47,553 nucleotides of DNA. Source: a virus. Lineage: Duplodnaviria; Caudoviricetes. Positions 15,228 to 24,558 of this stretch are shown piece by piece. The stretch lies in IMG/VR virus record IMGVR_UViG_3300043432_000037, positions 1 through 47,553 of that record; one strand, given 5' to 3'. The first letter of the stretch is position 1. Each line of letters starts with the position of its first letter. The translations under genes and the position numbers were made by a program. Below the pieces are notes generated by a model. It saw nothing but the letters and a program-made list of their open reading frames with translations, made no database searches and was not told the origin of the DNA.

Positions 15228-17591
15228 ATGCCAATACAACCAAGTGGCCCATCAACGGCCAAAGTGATGCTTGTAGGGGAGTTCCCCAAAGAGCAAGACC
15301 TCGTGCGAAGTGAGCCCTTCGCCGGGGGCATTGGCTTTGAGCTGAGCAAAATGCTTGCCGAAGCCAACCTGCACCGCGAAAGCTGCTTCTGCACCTACGT
15401 CATTGACGACCGTGTGCCCAGTGGCAATATCAACGGCCTAATGGCAGAAAGCAAAACCAAAGCAACTTCTGCCCACACACTCTTGCACGGCAAGTACGTC
15501 ACCCAGCAAGTCCTTGACGGTGTTGCACGGCTGAAGCGCGAAATTGAACTCGTCAAGCCCAACGTAGTCTGCGCAATGGGCAATCTCGCACTGTGGGCAT
15601 TGACTGGCGAATGGTCCGCAATGTCATGGCGCTCCAGCATCATGGAATCCACGCTCATCCCCGGCCTGAAGGTAATCCCCACCTACAGCCCTGCAATGGT
15701 AGTGGCTCAGATGTACTTGCGGCCTATTGTTGTCCACGATTTGAAGCGGGTAGCCAAGCACCAGAACTTGCCAGAAATCGTGCGCACAAACTACGACTTT
15801 CGCATCAGGCCCAACTTCGAGCAAGCTTGCGAAGACTTACAGCACATCATCGACCTGCCCAAGCAACCCGTCGGCGGCGACATCGAAACCCGTGCAGGTC
15901 ACATTGCCTGCATTGCTTTTGCTTGGACCACCACAGACGCTATCTGCATCCCTTTGATGTGCCAGCACAGTGACGAAGGCTATTGGACACTTGAGCAAGA
16001 AACCCACCTTGTCATGCTCATGCTTCAGCTCATGCGCAAGCACAAAATCATCGGCCAAAACTGGAACTACGACGCGCAGTACATTTACCGCCACTGGCAC
16101 TTCCTGTGTCCTGATGTCGAAGACACCATGATTCAGCACCATTCTTGTTTCAGCAACCTGGAGAAAAATCTTGCATTCCTCTCAAGCATGTACCTCGACG
16201 ACCACCTTTACTGGAAAGACGACCGAACCAACTGGGACACTGGACCCAAAGGTGAGGGAGAAAATACTTACTGGAACTACAATTGCACTGACGCTGCGCG
16301 CACGCTTGCTATCCATGGGGTACTTACCAACGTCATCAAAGCTCTCGGTATGGAGGCTGTCAACGCTTTTCAGCAGAGGCTGGCCCCAAAAGTCCTCAAG
16401 TCGATGAACCGTGGTGTGCGGCTAGACAAGGACGCCCAGGTCGCACTCTCTGTCAAAATCATGGGCGAAGTTGCCGAGCGCGAAGCCTGGATGCAAGCTG
16501 TTCTTGGCCACCCACTCAACATCCGTTCCCCCAAGCAGATGTCCGACTTCTTCTATCGCCAGATGGGGCAAAAAGAAGTCATTAACCGAAAATCAAAAAG
16601 CGTTTCCTGTGATGACGAAGCACTCCACAAAATCGCCCTGCGCGAACCAATCCTCAAGCCCATCACCCGCAAGATCGCCGAGCTGCGGTCGCTTGGTGTG
16701 TTCCATTCAACCTTTGTGCAAGCTGCCACGGACGTGGACGGCAGGATACGAACCAGCTTCAACGTGTGCGGTACAGAAACATACCGCTTCTCCAGCACCA
16801 AGAACGCATTCGGCTCTGGCCTGAACATGCAAAACATCCCCAAAGGCGGGGAAACTGAGGACGAGGGCTTAGAACTCCCCAACGTGCGGGAACTCTACAT
16901 CCCAGACTCTGGCATGACTGTGTTTGACATTGACCTGGACAGCGCGGATTTGCGGATTGTCTCTTGGGAGTCTGACTGCAAGTGGATGAAAGAGCAGTTC
17001 AAGCTCAAGAACAAGCCTTACATTGAAGTGATGAAGGAATACTACCACAATCCTTCAATGACCAAGAACTCCCACCCACGCGAGTATGCAATGTTCAAGT
17101 CCCTGTGCCACGGCACTAACTACTTGGGCACCGCAGACGGCATTGCCCCTCGCATCGGCTTACTTGTACACGAAACCGAGCGCATCCAGAAGTGGTACTT
17201 CGGCCTGTGCCCAGAAATCAAAAAGTGGCAGGAAGAAATCAAAAAGCAAGTCGCTGGCCGCCGCTTCGTTCAAAACGTCTTCGGCTATCGTACATACTTT
17301 TTTGACCGCATCGAAGGGACCATTTTCAACCAAGCCGTCGCCTGGATACCGCAATCCACCGTGGCTTGTCTGATCAACCGTGCATATGTAGCTATCGACG
17401 AACAGTTGTCCGATGTTGAAGTATTGTTGCAGGTCCATGATTCTCTCGTCGGTCAGTACCCTACCATCCAGGGCGATTCTCGACTGCGAGATATTGTAAA
17501 GTGCAGCGAAATTCCACTGCCATACCCTGAGCCACTGGTTATTCCGGTGGGTATTGCCACATCCACAAAATCATGGGGGGATTGCCGATGA
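15228..17591 (+). CDS. polA: Family A DNA polymerase with N-terminal UDG-like domain and 3'-5' exonuclease
   Basis: UDG-like VMLVGEFP..PFAG..PNVVCAMGNLAL..PTYSPA; exo DIET, NWNYD, YNCTD; pol TETYRFSS, NMQNIP, DLDSADLR, KSLCHGTNYLG, QVHDS. Confidence 0.93.
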   Translation: MPIQPSGPSTAKVMLVGEFPKEQDLVRSEPFAGGIGFELSKMLAEANLHRESCFCTYVIDDRVPSGNINGLMAESKTKATSAHTLLHGKYVTQQVLDGVARLKREIELVKPNVVCAMGNLALWALTGEWSAMSWRSSIMESTLIPGLKVIPTYSPAMVVAQMYLRPIVVHDLKRVAKHQNLPEIVRTNYDFRIRPNFEQACEDLQHIIDLPKQPVGGDIETRAGHIACIAFAWTTTDAICIPLMCQHSDEGYWTLEQETHLVMLMLQLMRKHKIIGQNWNYDAQYIYRHWHFLCPDVEDTMIQHHSCFSNLEKNLAFLSSMYLDDHLYWKDDRTNWDTGPKGEGENTYWNYNCTDAARTLAIHGVLTNVIKALGMEAVNAFQQRLAPKVLKSMNRGVRLDKDAQVALSVKIMGEVAEREAWMQAVLGHPLNIRSPKQMSDFFYRQMGQKEVINRKSKSVSCDDEALHKIALREPILKPITRKIAELRSLGVFHSTFVQAATDVDGRIRTSFNVCGTETYRFSSTKNAFGSGLNMQNIPKGGETEDEGLELPNVRELYIPDSGMTVFDIDLDSADLRIVSWESDCKWMKEQFKLKNKPYIEVMKEYYHNPSMTKNSHPREYAMFKSLCHGTNYLGTADGIAPRIGLLVHETERIQKWYFGLCPEIKKWQEEIKKQVAGRRFVQNVFGYRTYFFDRIEGTIFNQAVAWIPQSTVACLINRAYVAIDEQLSDVEVLLQVHDSLVGQYPTIQGDSRLRDIVKCSEIPLPYPEPLVIPVGIATSTKSWGDCR

Positions 17592-17941
17592 AGTGTAATC
17601 CCCCAGTACAATACACACATGGCTACTGCGGCACACCAACTTATAAATCTTGGCAAGCTATGAAAAGCCGTTGTACAGACCCTAAGCGCCATAACGCAAA
17701 AGCCTATTTCCTAAAAGGCATTACCTATCCAAAAGCCTGGGAAAAGTTTGAGAACTTCTTACAAGACCTAGGTCCTAGGCCAATAGGCACAACCTTAGAC
17801 AGAATAGATAACGACAAAAGCTATTCCAAAGACAATTGCCGCTGGGCAACAGCCTTAGAACAAGCTGCTAATCGTGACAGTCCCAAGAAACGGGCAAAGT
17901 CTAAAGTGGCCGCATGGTTAGGGGGTTTATTAGGGGAATAG
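17588..17941 (+). CDS. HNH endonuclease (putative homing)
   Basis: TYKSWQAMKSRC...GIT..W..FENFLQDLG.RP..TLDRIDNDKSYSKDNCRWAT..EQAAN; AT-richer than its neighbours. Confidence 0.9.
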   Translation: MKCNPPVQYTHGYCGTPTYKSWQAMKSRCTDPKRHNAKAYFLKGITYPKAWEKFENFLQDLGPRPIGTTLDRIDNDKSYSKDNCRWATALEQAANRDSPKKRAKSKVAAWLGGLLGE

Positions 17942-17982
17942 TAGGGGGCATCCGGCCCCGGAATGGTGCCACCACGCCACGT

Positions 17983-18025
17983 AAAAAATCCCCGCATAGG
18001 GTAGTAACTATGCGGGGATTTTTTT
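17983..18025. terminator. Bidirectional terminator between the convergent arms
   Basis: AAAAAATCCCCGCATAG...CTATGCGGGGATTTTTTT. Confidence 0.92.
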
Positions 18026-18039
18026 GCCCGTAATCCGAG

Positions 18040-18079
18040 TTTCTCACCCGCGTTATCAATCCTTAATGCGCGCGTGTAA
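18040..18079. repeat. 40-bp dyad element, copy 7
   Basis: TTTCTCACCCGCGTTA-tcaatcct-TAATGCGCGCGTGTAA; overlaps the 3' end of 18056-18334. Confidence 0.88.
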
Positions 18080-18334
18080 TCGTTTATAATCAGGCAAATC
18101 CTCTGAGTGCAGACGAGTCACTTCTCCCCCAACCTGCCCAGCCGCAATCGCAATTTTTGCGCCTTCTTCACGGCCTACAAACTTTCCTTCAGAAGTTGTG
18201 AAGCCACGCTCGGGCTTTCCGGGCAGCCCAAACCGGGCAATCACATCCACATGCTTCATGCCTGCTTTGGGCGCCTCGTATACCTTCCCGCGTACACGCA
18301 CTGCGGGTCTATGCACTTTAAGCTGCTGTGGCAT
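18056..18334 (-). CDS. Conserved phage hypothetical protein
   Basis: GFTTSEGKFVGREEGAKIAIAAGQV...LHSEDL motif. Confidence 0.7.
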   Translation of the reverse strand: MPQQLKVHRPAVRVRGKVYEAPKAGMKHVDVIARFGLPGKPERGFTTSEGKFVGREEGAKIAIAAGQVGGEVTRLHSEDLPDYKRLHARIKD

Positions 18335-18821
18335 TTTTGGCAATCACCTGATTTACCTGCCCACGCTGCCAGCTACTCACGCCCAGTATTGCCCCCAGCA
18401 TAATAAAAGCCGCTTCGGGGACAGCCGGAACTGGTATTTTGCAGGCTGGCAAAACGAAGTAAATCCCAACAATACAGGAAACCACAATAAGTGATTCAAT
18501 GGCGTGGTGATTCTTTTGCAGCCAACTGTCCCCACGGGCATCTGCCTGTAACGTGGCATTAACCGACGTAATCACAGCAGTACTAGCCGCAATCTCTGCT
18601 GTGGCCAGCTGCAACCCATACTGAGCCAAGTGGTCTTGCAGCTCATTCTGAATCTGCAGCATTTTCACTTTATCTGCCCCGGACACACCAGCCACAGCAT
18701 CTTTCACGGCTTCCACCGTGTTCGATGTCAGTCCCAGCTTCCCGGCAATAAACTCCGCAGCCATCCCAGCCAGCGGATTTGCAACATCCAGCACCTTCAG
18801 CAAAACTTGTGTAGCATCCAT
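18318..18821 (-). CDS. Holin-like membrane protein
   Basis: Two C-terminal hydrophobic segments after QADARGDSWLQKN; adjacent to the lysin candidate. Confidence 0.6.
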   Translation of the reverse strand: MDATQVLLKVLDVANPLAGMAAEFIAGKLGLTSNTVEAVKDAVAGVSGADKVKMLQIQNELQDHLAQYGLQLATAEIAASTAVITSVNATLQADARGDSWLQKNHHAIESLIVVSCIVGIYFVLPACKIPVPAVPEAAFIMLGAILGVSSWQRGQVNQVIAKNATAA

Positions 18822-18822
18822 A

Positions 18823-19233
18823 TCAGGCTCCGTTCATGTATTCAATCGTCACGGTGTCTTTGTGCGCAATTGCTGCGCTAATCTTCCCAAACAGATTATT
18901 AAAGGCACTTCGGGAATCCAGCACCGCACCCTTCACCCGCGAGTTCCCCACCAGCAGACAACCTTCTGTATCAGCTGCATAATTCCCTGGGTGAATCCGT
19001 ACCCCGTCAAAGTTAGGTACGCCAGAAAGCAAAGGCAGCATACGCTTAAAATGGGGACTATAAGTAATACTAACAGCATATTTTCCATAAGGGATGGCGG
19101 TCTTTCCGAAAACTTTTTGACCTTCAGGGCGCACCATGTCCTCAAGCGTAAAGCACTCAAACACACCATCGACAAGAAGTTGACCAATTGTGCAGTCCGG
19201 TGAAAACCATTGCCTGACAACGGTGAGCTTCAT
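18823..19233 (-). CDS. DUF5675-family protein, putative endolysin
   Basis: TIGQL.VDG.F.CFTLED...TAIPYGKY...VPNFDGVRIHPGN...DTEGCLLVG. Confidence 0.8.
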   Translation of the reverse strand: MKLTVVRQWFSPDCTIGQLLVDGVFECFTLEDMVRPEGQKVFGKTAIPYGKYAVSITYSPHFKRMLPLLSGVPNFDGVRIHPGNYAADTEGCLLVGNSRVKGAVLDSRSAFNNLFGKISAAIAHKDTVTIEYMNGA

Positions 19234-19499
19234 TTGTCTGCCTTTTGGTGCAGCAATGATTCAATTATTTCCAGCTTCCGAAACAGTGCATCAATGCTCT
19301 TGTCCAAGTCTCGTCTTGGCACATAGTCATTGGCCAGCTTCAGCTCCAGTGCTTGGTGCTGCGTGACAGCCTTTTCACTAGCATCTTCGACCTTTTTGAT
19401 GCGCAGCCCCAGCATCGCCCATACAGTGCTCATAAGACCCCCAAGGGCCATAAAGGCCCAGTCTAGTACGCGAAAGGTTGTGTCGTCAGGTGCAGCCAT
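19230..19499 (-). CDS. Single-TM coiled-coil lysis-region protein (holin/antiholin-like)
   Basis: N-terminal TM segment, then LANDYVPRRDL...LFRKLE..HQKADK. Confidence 0.65.
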   Translation of the reverse strand: MAAPDDTTFRVLDWAFMALGGLMSTVWAMLGLRIKKVEDASEKAVTQHQALELKLANDYVPRRDLDKSIDALFRKLEIIESLLHQKADK

Positions 19500-19500
19500 A

Positions 19501-19830
19501 TTAGTGAATCAAGAGAAGGTTGTGGGCAGCAACACCACAGGTTGCTGTGTTTACAATAGCTACTGCTTCGGGTGGAGCCTCTTTTGCAAACTGATACAGC
19601 CCGATGGAAAGCAGAATGATAGGGGCAAACCCACCCACACGCAAGCTCCAAGCCACCAACGGGTTAAGCTCGACTCCGCCGTGCGCCAGCAGCCATGCAG
19701 TAGAAGCGATGTCCAGGGTCTTGCAGATTGCAAAAGTGTCTGGTGATTCCAGAACTTCCAATGGTGTGGCTTTTGCGGTGCTATGCAGCAGCAAAACAAA
19801 AGCCGACACCGCAAAAAGCTTAGACCACAT
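19501..19830 (-). CDS. Membrane or secreted hypothetical protein
   Basis: Signal-like N-terminus; LDIASTAW...GVELNPL. Confidence 0.65.
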   Translation of the reverse strand: MWSKLFAVSAFVLLLHSTAKATPLEVLESPDTFAICKTLDIASTAWLLAHGGVELNPLVAWSLRVGGFAPIILLSIGLYQFAKEAPPEAVAIVNTATCGVAAHNLLLIH

Positions 19831-21026
19831 TAGTTTGGCTCACTGTTGACGTAAATTTGGCCTACAGTTGCGCCCCAAACTGGTTTGTAGGCTGCACCTA
19901 CCGTCAGCAAGCCAGTAGCTGTAAACGTAAGCCTAATACAACCAGCACCTGTAGTTGTCCCAAGAGCCGTTGGTACAGCTGAACATGCGATCAGTGTTGC
20001 GCCCTGCAAGGCAAAGGCCGTGGCTGCTCCAGTAATCACAATGTTTGAGGTGGCTCGCAAGCCTTGCGGCATCGGGATTGTCACAACGGCAGTGTTCACT
20101 GTATCCGCAATTGCAAATCCAGGCATTTCCGCACTGGCAATGTAAGGGACATTGTAAATATACCGCTGGCACATTGCAGTCTCAAGTCCCAAAGAACGCA
20201 CTTCAAATGGTGTAGGGGCGCCCAATTCAACTTGAACTCCTGAAATTTGCAGAGTCGCCCCCGCTGTCTGGGAGATAAACTGAGTAGCGCCCGCAACTTC
20301 AAAGGGGACGGCAGATGTTAAAGCTTGCCATGCGTTTGCAGTCGCTGTTTGCCGAGAAGCCCCGGCCCCCAAACCGAAGGACAGCCACAGACCTGCCGTA
20401 CTGGTCTTAGCCCATGTCCCTGCGGTGTCGCCGGGGACTGTAATAGTCACCCTTGTTGGGGATGTTGTGGCTGCATAAGTAGTTGCGTACTGGCGTGTAC
20501 AGCTGGTGCCTTGCCGATTCGCCAATGTCAGTGGGTAAGTGCCAGCCACACTAGCCGTAACCCAAAACGAAATCGAAATCGACTTAGCACTGGCGGTACC
20601 AAAAGCATAGTCAGTTACGCTATCAGCTTCAATTGCTTGATACAACGCATAGCTATCCGTGGCTCCAGGGGTTTGTGCCACTGCAACTGTAAGTTTTCCG
20701 GCATACCAGCTTGGTGCAGGCGGAGCGCCGAACTGACCAGCCTGTGCGGTAAGGCTGCTTGCGGTTACAAAGGCCAAGCGCCAACGGTCTGCAAAAAAGG
20801 CGGGTGACACAGTTGGAGTAATCGCCGCTGCCAGATTGCAGTTATCCAGCCGAAAGTTCCCGTTGCAGATACGATTGCGAAGGCCCAGGTTTGCACCTGA
20901 CCCAAGACCGGTATCCAGCAATGAGGCCAACGTAACGTCTGCAGTTGCTCCTGCAACCACCCCAGTCAGATTATCCGTAACCGCAGGAATACGACCTGCC
21001 AGTGGGTAACTACCTTGTTGTGCCAT
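19830..21026 (-). CDS. Tail fibre / receptor-binding protein
   Basis: GLRNRICNGNF...DRW...YQAIEA...ISGVQVELG.PTPFE.RS...E.AMCQRY motif typical of phage fibre domains. Confidence 0.8.
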   Translation of the reverse strand: MAQQGSYPLAGRIPAVTDNLTGVVAGATADVTLASLLDTGLGSGANLGLRNRICNGNFRLDNCNLAAAITPTVSPAFFADRWRLAFVTASSLTAQAGQFGAPPAPSWYAGKLTVAVAQTPGATDSYALYQAIEADSVTDYAFGTASAKSISISFWVTASVAGTYPLTLANRQGTSCTRQYATTYAATTSPTRVTITVPGDTAGTWAKTSTAGLWLSFGLGAGASRQTATANAWQALTSAVPFEVAGATQFISQTAGATLQISGVQVELGAPTPFEVRSLGLETAMCQRYIYNVPYIASAEMPGFAIADTVNTAVVTIPMPQGLRATSNIVITGAATAFALQGATLIACSAVPTALGTTTGAGCIRLTFTATGLLTVGAAYKPVWGATVGQIYVNSEPN

Positions 21027-21039
21027 TCTTTACTCCTGT

Positions 21040-22587
21040 TTACCTGTCTGTCAAAGTCGTCGTGTCTGTGCAAGTAATCGCATTGCCAAGCCTGTCCAGA
21101 ATCGGGCTACCAGCTGCTGGGGTGACTGTTCCAACAGTTCCCGTAGCGACCAGCCCTGTTATGGCATTAACTATCTGCGGCGCCAGTGTTCCGACGCTAC
21201 CTGAAGCAGCATCTTGCGTGAGCGCTGCGGAAATTGCAACCCCTACACTGCCCACACTACCGGAGCCAGCTGTTTGAGTGACTGGACGTGCCACCGACAC
21301 GCCGACGGAACCGACTGCACTGCTGCCAGCAACTTGTGTCAAGGCCGATGACATTGTGGCCTTGACACTTCCAACCACACCAGTGCTGGCGACTTGCGTC
21401 ACACCGACAGTTGCTGTAATCACCAAAGCCCCAACTGTACCAGTACCGGCAACTTGTGTAAGCGCTTGACTCCGTGTAACCCCCAAAGAGCCAACAGACC
21501 CCACGGAAGCAACTTGCCCCAGCGCCAGCTCCAGCACTGGCTTCGCAGTTCCAACGACACCAGCGCCTGCCACTTGAGTCAGCGGCTCCACAACCACATC
21601 AGCAATGCTGCCCAAGGACCCAGTACCTGACACTTGCAGCACCGGAACTGCAAACTGCACTGCGCCGAACGACAAGCCATTGTCGATAGCCAGAATAGCT
21701 GTGCCGGAAGTATCCGTAATGCCAGCGGCCGTAGTGTCTGTCAGGGGCGACACAGCCTTCACGTTTGGTACAACCAGTGACCTAACGCCTGTAACCCCAA
21801 CTTCAGCTTGTGGCGCCAGTGTACCAGCAACAACTGCAGACGCCACCTGCGTGAGCGCAATTGTCAGCGACGACGAGGCCGTCAAGGACCCAACACTACC
21901 AGTGCCAGTGACTTGCGTAAGTGCTTTGTCTATCCGAGCTGCAACTGTGCCAGCAACAACCGCGCTTGACACTTGCGTCATTGAAGCCCCGCTGACCGCA
22001 ACAGCAGTCATGGAGCCTACAGCACCTGTCGCAGCTACTTGAACCAGCGGCGCAGAAACCGCACTTCTGAGACTGCCAACGGCTGTAGTTGCTGCTACCC
22101 CAGACAGCCCAACAACCACCACAGGTCCCACAGCCCCTACAGACCCAGTGCCTGCAATTTGTGTCAACCCCACCGATGCCGGCACGGATGGTGTAACAGT
22201 TCCTAATGACCCGGCACTGGACACCCCCGACAGTGCAATCACCAGTTCCGGCGTCGGCCCATGCAAACTTGCTGCTGCTGCCACCCCCGACAGCCCTTTT
22301 TGCATCACAACCTGTGGCACGCCCACAGCCCCGAGCAAGCTCACTTGCCCAAGCGTGATCAGATTCCTATCAATGAATACATCTGGTGGCTTGCCCCTGC
22401 GCCAGGGCAGGTCATCTGTTTGCGCCACCCCATGCGCAAACCGCAGCGGATTCTGCGTGGAAGTGTGCCAGTCGCAAACCCTATACCCATCCCAGGTCTT
22501 GTGACCCGTTCCAGATTTTACAGTGCGACCACAGTACTGGCAGGTGAAGTTCCACTGCCCTTCGACAAAGTACCGCGGACTTGCCAT
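21040..22587 (-). CDS. Repeat-rich virion/fibre protein with an N-terminal Cys domain
   Basis: CQYCG..TWDGYRVC domain followed by many ~20-aa LTQVAGTGSVGS-like repeats. Confidence 0.8.
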   Translation of the reverse strand: MASPRYFVEGQWNFTCQYCGRTVKSGTGHKTWDGYRVCDWHTSTQNPLRFAHGVAQTDDLPWRRGKPPDVFIDRNLITLGQVSLLGAVGVPQVVMQKGLSGVAAAASLHGPTPELVIALSGVSSAGSLGTVTPSVPASVGLTQIAGTGSVGAVGPVVVVGLSGVAATTAVGSLRSAVSAPLVQVAATGAVGSMTAVAVSGASMTQVSSAVVAGTVAARIDKALTQVTGTGSVGSLTASSSLTIALTQVASAVVAGTLAPQAEVGVTGVRSLVVPNVKAVSPLTDTTAAGITDTSGTAILAIDNGLSFGAVQFAVPVLQVSGTGSLGSIADVVVEPLTQVAGAGVVGTAKPVLELALGQVASVGSVGSLGVTRSQALTQVAGTGTVGALVITATVGVTQVASTGVVGSVKATMSSALTQVAGSSAVGSVGVSVARPVTQTAGSGSVGSVGVAISAALTQDAASGSVGTLAPQIVNAITGLVATGTVGTVTPAAGSPILDRLGNAITCTDTTTLTDR

Positions 22588-22593
22588 ACAACT

Positions 22594-22887
22594 TTACACA
22601 TCGCCTATTGCCGAACCCTGCTTATCCAAGAGAGCATCCGCACGTGTGTCCCTAATTGCCATTGAAGCTGATGGCACATAACGGTCCACGTTTGGCGAAG
22701 TCCAAGGCACTGTTTGATTGTCCTTCACCCCTTTGACAAAGTCTTGGGGGTTTCGCTGCTCTTGATGATGCGCGCAGACCCAAAAACCATCCCAGGTTTT
22801 TCTGCCGTAGGATGATTTTTGCTTGGCTCCGCAAAGGTCACAGTAGAAATTCCACTCACCCCTTGCGAAAAAGTCCGCACCTCTCAT
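22594..22887 (-). CDS. Small Cys-domain virion-region protein, paralog of the N-terminus of 21040-22587
   Basis: GEWNFYCDLCG...TWDGFWVCAHHQEQRNPQDFVKGVKD.Q.VPW. Confidence 0.8.
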   Translation of the reverse strand: MRGADFFARGEWNFYCDLCGAKQKSSYGRKTWDGFWVCAHHQEQRNPQDFVKGVKDNQTVPWTSPNVDRYVPSASMAIRDTRADALLDKQGSAIGDV

Positions 22888-22893
22888 GCAAGG

Positions 22894-23352
22894 TTAGCTC
22901 AGTTGCAGAAGTGCCGTGCCGACTGCATTAACCGGCATTGTCAGGGTGAAGGTGCCACTGACAATTGTCTGGGAGCCGAAGGTAAACACGCCCACGGCTT
23001 TGTTACCGTTAGTGCTGTTGTACATCAAGATGGTGTCAAAGGCTGCAGCAGAAAACGCTGCGCCGGTGGTCCAACTTGCTGTCGGGGTTGTGAAGGCCGC
23101 GGTGCCGGAAGTTCCGGGTGCCACAAACGCACCAAAGGTCAGGCCACCTGCCACGTATGAGCCACTGGCACCAACTTCACCAGTCGCCGAGTACGCTGCA
23201 GTCGTTGCGTTCAATGTTGCTGTTGCGAAATACAACGCCCCCTTGAACACGTCTTGCGTGGTGGCTGCACGGATAAAGCCAACGCCGAAATTGTGCTGAC
23301 CAGTCAACAAGTCACCCTTGAAGCTGGTGCACATTGCTTGAGTATTTGCCAT
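22894..23352 (-). CDS. Virion structural protein, paralog of 26367-26846
   Basis: MCTSFKGDLL.G.HNF...FKGALY...YSATGEV..SGSYVAGG. Confidence 0.8.
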   Translation of the reverse strand: MANTQAMCTSFKGDLLTGQHNFGVGFIRAATTQDVFKGALYFATATLNATTAAYSATGEVGASGSYVAGGLTFGAFVAPGTSGTAAFTTPTASWTTGAAFSAAAFDTILMYNSTNGNKAVGVFTFGSQTIVSGTFTLTMPVNAVGTALLQLS

Positions 23353-23364
23353 GAGTATTCCTTA

Positions 23365-23559
23365 TTAAGCGAAAGAGTTTGCTGTGGCCTCGCACGCCTG
23401 CCCGAGCTTCAGATGCACATGAGCCGACCGATGCACCAGTTCACCATTCAGCCAATACTCAACTGTGTGTGTGCGTTCGTTGCTGTTGTCCAGCGTATCA
23501 AGTCGCTTTTCCAGCAAACTCTCGTCCATGGGGCCTTTGGTTGTTTCAATCAGTGCCAT
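23365..23559 (-). CDS. Conserved phage hypothetical protein
   Basis: TTKGPMDESLLEKR...DN.NE...VEYWLNGELVHRSAHVHLK. Confidence 0.75.
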   Translation of the reverse strand: MALIETTKGPMDESLLEKRLDTLDNSNERTHTVEYWLNGELVHRSAHVHLKLGQACEATANSFA

Positions 23560-23563
23560 ATTA

Positions 23564-23824
23564 CTACTCTGGTTGGGCGGCTGGTGCCGGTGGGTTGTGG
23601 ATGCTGGCTTGTTTGGCTTTCTCAAGCACAACATCCATTGCGGCCACAATGTTGTCTGCAAGCCCGGTGCGTGTAAAGCACATCACTGGGTGCGGAATTT
23701 CAGCAACTAGGGCACGGCAGAAGTCCTCTACTGCCATATCAATTTGAATACCATCACTGGACACCCCGACCTCAATCGCAGGGTTGTGCCAGTGTCGACT
23801 AATCACTACTACTGAACGTTGCAT
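23564..23824 (-). CDS. Hypothetical protein
   Basis: AAGGAGG SD, 86 aa. Confidence 0.75.
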   Translation of the reverse strand: MQRSVVVISRHWHNPAIEVGVSSDGIQIDMAVEDFCRALVAEIPHPVMCFTRTGLADNIVAAMDVVLEKAKQASIHNPPAPAAQPE

Positions 23825-23833
23825 ATTGCCTCC

Positions 23834-24553
23834 TTAATTCCAGATACCGCCGCGAATAATGTTGCCTCTGGTGGATGCGACAATCGCACCAAAGCTCGCC
23901 GTTGTGCCAGTCCACAGCCAGGTGCCAGGACTTGCCACAATTGGACCACTTGGAACTGTAATTGTGGCTGTTGTGCCGGCCCAAGTAAACGCCCCGATGA
24001 CACTATTGACGACCTGTGTAATTGTGGCTGTTGTGCCGGCCCATGAGAAGGTGCCAGGGATTGCCGCAATCAGTTGAGTGATACCGGCCGTAGTGCCTGA
24101 CCATGTGTAACTACCGACAGACTGGTTGATGGCCTGCGTTAGCGCACTGCTCGTACCGGCCCAAGTATAAGCCCCAGGCGTTGCCGCAATCGTGACCAGT
24201 GCCCCGCCGAGACTCGACGTCGTACCTGCCCAAGTGTACGTCGCTGGTGCGGCGGCAATTTGCAACGGGATGTTAGCAGTCGTGCCGGACCAACTATACG
24301 CACCTGGAGTCGCCAGCACCTGCAGTGCAAAGCTAGAAGTCGTTCCAGCCCAGCTATATGTCCCTGGCGTAGCCGCAACCTGCAGTGGCACTGTTGCCGT
24401 AACACCTGCCCAAGTCCAAGCACCCGCAGCAGCATTAACCGTGTAGGCGCTTGCGGGGAAGGTAGCTGTCGTGCCGGCCCAAGTCCATGCGCCTGGACTG
24501 GCATTGACAGTAACGACCCCACCACTGCCTGTTAGAGCAAGGAGCAGGGACAT
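23834..24553 (-). CDS. Repeat-rich virion protein
   Basis: About ten ~20-aa repeats of A.PG.(Y/W/F)TWAGTTA; DNA-level 27-bp duplication at 23957 and 24017. Confidence 0.8.
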   Translation of the reverse strand: MSLLLALTGSGGVVTVNASPGAWTWAGTTATFPASAYTVNAAAGAWTWAGVTATVPLQVAATPGTYSWAGTTSSFALQVLATPGAYSWSGTTANIPLQIAAAPATYTWAGTTSSLGGALVTIAATPGAYTWAGTSSALTQAINQSVGSYTWSGTTAGITQLIAAIPGTFSWAGTTATITQVVNSVIGAFTWAGTTATITVPSGPIVASPGTWLWTGTTASFGAIVASTRGNIIRGGIWN

Positions 24554-24558
24554 TCAGC

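Noticed and set aside
1028-17941. Temperate or plasmid-prophage lifestyle
   Set aside because: No integrase, CI-like repressor, ParA or Rep initiator recognised; a ParB domain alone is insufficient, so lifestyle is left open.
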